Below, in pieces: positions 61,714 through 64,000 of a DNA stretch of 64,000 nt. Within the stretch, counting starts at the first letter, position 1. Every line of letters begins with the position of its first letter. The position numbers were made by a program, and so were the translations under genes. Source of the DNA: an uncultured cyanobacterium (GTDB taxonomy: Bacteria > Cyanobacteriota > Cyanobacteriia > Pseudanabaenales > Pseudanabaenaceae); the NCBI GenBank assembly GCA_963703315.1, contig OY969811.1, forward strand, positions 2,592,001-2,656,000. The letters run 5' to 3'. A model generated the notes under the pieces. The model saw only the letters and a list, made by a program, of their open reading frames with translations. It was not told the origin of the DNA and ran no database searches.

Positions 61714-62022
61714 GTGAGCCAGCCTTTAGTTGAAGTTACTTTTGCACTAGACGATCCCAGTTTGGATGAATATGAGCGCCAAGAGTTTGCGAAGAAATTA
61801 CTAAAGCAGTTGCGCGAACAAGGCGATGCTGAGACTGTGGAACGTGCTGACGATCTAAGCTCTGAAGTGGGTCGTAAGGGTGGCTTGGATAAATTGGTAG
61901 GCGTATTGACTGCAAAAGTTTCGTTAGACAAAGTTGTTAGCTTTATGGGATTTGTCGGCGGCAAGTTTGCAGAAAAGCCGATGAAGATTCATGTGAAAGA
62001 TGGCTGGAGTACAATTTATTAG
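61714..62022 (+). CDS. Small hypothetical protein, possibly EACC1-like and 3'-truncated
   Basis: LDEYERQEFAKKLLKQLR..LVGVLTAKV..KPMKIHVK followed by an abrupt end. Confidence 0.45.
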   Translation: MSQPLVEVTFALDDPSLDEYERQEFAKKLLKQLREQGDAETVERADDLSSEVGRKGGLDKLVGVLTAKVSLDKVVSFMGFVGGKFAEKPMKIHVKDGWSTIY

Positions 62023-62083
62023 TTGTTTGAATATAGACTTATTATATGAACAAGAAATTTGAGATTGTAAGGATATCCAAAAA

Positions 62084-62932
62084 ATGACTAAAGTTGTTAG
62101 CTTTATCAATCTAAAGGGAGGCGTTGGCAAGACAACTACTGCTGTCAACATCGCTGCAATATTAGCAAAACAAAAATCTTCTAAGGTTCTACTTGTAGAT
62201 CTTGATCCCCAAACCAATGCAACAGTTTCTCTGATATCGCAGGAGGAGTGGCGAGATGTAAACAGCAAGGGACAAACGATCCATCATCTTTTTGATGATT
62301 TAATTAACTCACGGCAGCTTTTTGATCTTGAAAAGGCTGTATTGCAGAATGTTGGAGGAATACAGGGATTAGATTTATTACCCTCTAGTCTAGAGCTAGT
62401 GGAAATTCAAGATGATATTCCAAACTTAGATCAGAGAAGATATGTCAGTCATGTTGATGTTATTCAGAATACTCTTGCTGAACTGAAAAACCAATATGAA
62501 TACGTTATTATTGATTGTCCTCCTAACTTAGGAGCAATTACTCTCAATGGAATTGTTATGAGCGATTATTATATTGTCCCCACAATTCCAGACATTTTCT
62601 CAAAAATTGGATTGAGCCTAATTTGGAATAGAATCAATAAGTTTAAAGACAAAAAGCGTTCTTGTAAAGTTGAACTAGGAGGGATTGTTTTTACTAAAGT
62701 TGATGATCGAACTAATTTACATAAGTCCACCAAAATACAGATTAGGCAAGATTCTCAGTGGAAAGATCATACATTTGAATACGAATTGCCACAACGTACA
62801 GGTATTGCAGAAGCAGTTATAGATTCTCGACCTTTTGTTACTTCGCCAAAGGCGGAAAAGCGTAAGGATTATAGGGATACTCTCACAGAAATTGAGAATA
62901 TTACAGAAGAATTCATCAAGAGAGTTGGATGA
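62084..62932 (+). CDS. ParA/Soj-family ATPase
   Basis: KGGVGKTT, DLDPQ.NAT, IIDCPP. Confidence 0.92.
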   Translation: MTKVVSFINLKGGVGKTTTAVNIAAILAKQKSSKVLLVDLDPQTNATVSLISQEEWRDVNSKGQTIHHLFDDLINSRQLFDLEKAVLQNVGGIQGLDLLPSSLELVEIQDDIPNLDQRRYVSHVDVIQNTLAELKNQYEYVIIDCPPNLGAITLNGIVMSDYYIVPTIPDIFSKIGLSLIWNRINKFKDKKRSCKVELGGIVFTKVDDRTNLHKSTKIQIRQDSQWKDHTFEYELPQRTGIAEAVIDSRPFVTSPKAEKRKDYRDTLTEIENITEEFIKRVG

Positions 62933-63303
62933 TTTACATGGAAATAAACGAGAAAGATATAGTATCTTTTGCTAAGGTTTTGATCTCTATTGGCAAAAGG
63001 ATTGAGATGAGTCCTGAGATATTAATGCAGATTCTAGATACATCTAAAGATGTAAAAGAAAGTGTAAGGATTCCTAATGCTTCACCAAAAGTGGAGTCGA
63101 TCCAAATTTATGAAATTGCTAAAGATCACAGTAAAGATGAATTCATTAAATATCTTAAAAAGTTTACCTCTGAGCAACTTCGGGATGTTATCAAATCCAA
63201 TGGGTTTGGATCTGTTCGATATAAAGCTATAGAAAAGCTAGCTGAATATATCGCTGATGAAGTAAAAAAAAGATCGTCCGATGTGTTTAGACATCATGAG
63301 TAA
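62929..63303 (+). CDS. Small hypothetical protein coupled to ParA
   Basis: ATGA overlap with the parA stop. Confidence 0.65.
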   Translation: MIYMEINEKDIVSFAKVLISIGKRIEMSPEILMQILDTSKDVKESVRIPNASPKVESIQIYEIAKDHSKDEFIKYLKKFTSEQLRDVIKSNGFGSVRYKAIEKLAEYIADEVKKRSSDVFRHHE

Positions 63304-63310
63304 TCATTGA

Positions 63311-63526
63311 TTGCTAAAATTTCATACAGCATTAGGACAATTCCTCAACTATCAAATTGTTTTAGAATCAGAAGATCGCGATCGCATTCTCTACTTAGCC
63401 ATTCCCTTTGAAACTTACGAAGCATTTTTTCGCTTTGAGCCAGTCAAAACAGCGATCGCCCGCTTTCAAGTTAAACTTCTTGTTTACAATACAGAAAAAG
63501 AGGAGATAGAACAATGGATCGAGTAG
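63311..63526 (+). pseudogene. xisH: XisH C-terminal half (5'-truncated)
   Basis: FHTALGQFLNY..RILYLAIP..EEIEQWI; the N-terminal half is absent. Confidence 0.8.
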
Positions 63527-63867
63527 AACGCTATCGCCAAATCGTGCGTACTTTTCTCGAAGAATATGCCCAAGAAAGCGTCTCACCCAATGAAAACGTC
63601 ACTGCTGAATTAGTATTTGATGAAAAACGCGATCGCTATTTGTTAGTTCATGTTGGTTGGCAAGGCGCTCGGCGGATCTACGGCTGTCCTATGCAGATTG
63701 ACATTATTGATAACAAAGTTTGGTTACAACATAACGCCACTGAAATATTTGTCGATCAAGAACTTATTAATAGAGGTATACCCGAAGATGATATGGTGTT
63801 AGGCTTGCAATCACCTCGTATCCGTGAACTAGTTGCCGCAAAGAAGAAACGCTATAATCTTGTGTGA
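63514..63867 (+). CDS. xisI: XisI family protein
   Basis: FDEKRDRYLLVHVGW, KVWLQHNATE, GIPEDDMVLG. Confidence 0.9.
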   Translation: MDRVERYRQIVRTFLEEYAQESVSPNENVTAELVFDEKRDRYLLVHVGWQGARRIYGCPMQIDIIDNKVWLQHNATEIFVDQELINRGIPEDDMVLGLQSPRIRELVAAKKKRYNLV

Positions 63868-63901
63868 CACAGATCCCCAACCCAATAACGGAGTAAAGCT
63901 A

Positions 63902-64000
63902 ATGACAGCTAAAGAACAGCTTTTAAAAGAGATTCAAGATAGTCCAGAAGCACTAATTAAAGAGGTTTTAGACTTTTTACTTTTTGCTAGAAGCAGGAAT
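63902..64000 (+). CDS. DUF2281-like small protein (antitoxin-like), 3'-partial
   Basis: MTAKEQLLKEIQDSPEALIKEVLDFLLF. Confidence 0.55.
   Translation, partial: MTAKEQLLKEIQDSPEALIKEVLDFLLFARSRN

Larger units (their letters stand above)
1..64000. repeat. HIP1 octamer GCGATCGC dispersed through the window
   Basis: Very frequent in most native genes; not seen by eye in the IS, the NACHT gene or the ParA cassette. Confidence 0.95.

Noticed and set aside
63311..63867. xisH/xisI as an fdxN excision element
   Set aside because: No recombinase is visible, xisH is truncated, and these genes are widespread outside excision elements.

Overview
Cyanobacterial chromosome segment. The HIP1 octamer GCGATCGC is very frequent, and psb30, cyaB1, Uma2 and XisI genes are present; the gene and repeat style suggests a Pseudanabaena-like organism (inference). 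Core content: the ribosomal protein cluster rplC to secY-adk-infA (minus strand, ending at infA without rpmJ-rpsM-rpsK-rpoA-rplQ), argJ, aroK, asnS, pgl, a PacL-like P-type ATPase, the adenylate cyclase cyaB1 and a phytochrome-like hybrid kinase. Accessory content: a YehL/YehM-like pair followed by an MNT-HEPN pair and a TPR-CHAT protease with 15 near-identical 120-bp repeats; an HTH-NACHT NTPase facing an unannotated 54-aa membrane ORF across four 10-bp-phased TGACTT repeats; a Dam-like methylase with a small nuclease; an IS1-family element that truncates a RelE-like toxin; and a mosaic right end (sbcC 3' fragment, ParA cassette, truncated xisH, xisI). Many intergenic gaps carry long hairpins with a shared C-NNA-G triloop and locus-specific stems. 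No rRNA, tRNA or CRISPR array was seen. All calls come from reading the sequence and recalling protein families; no searches were run.
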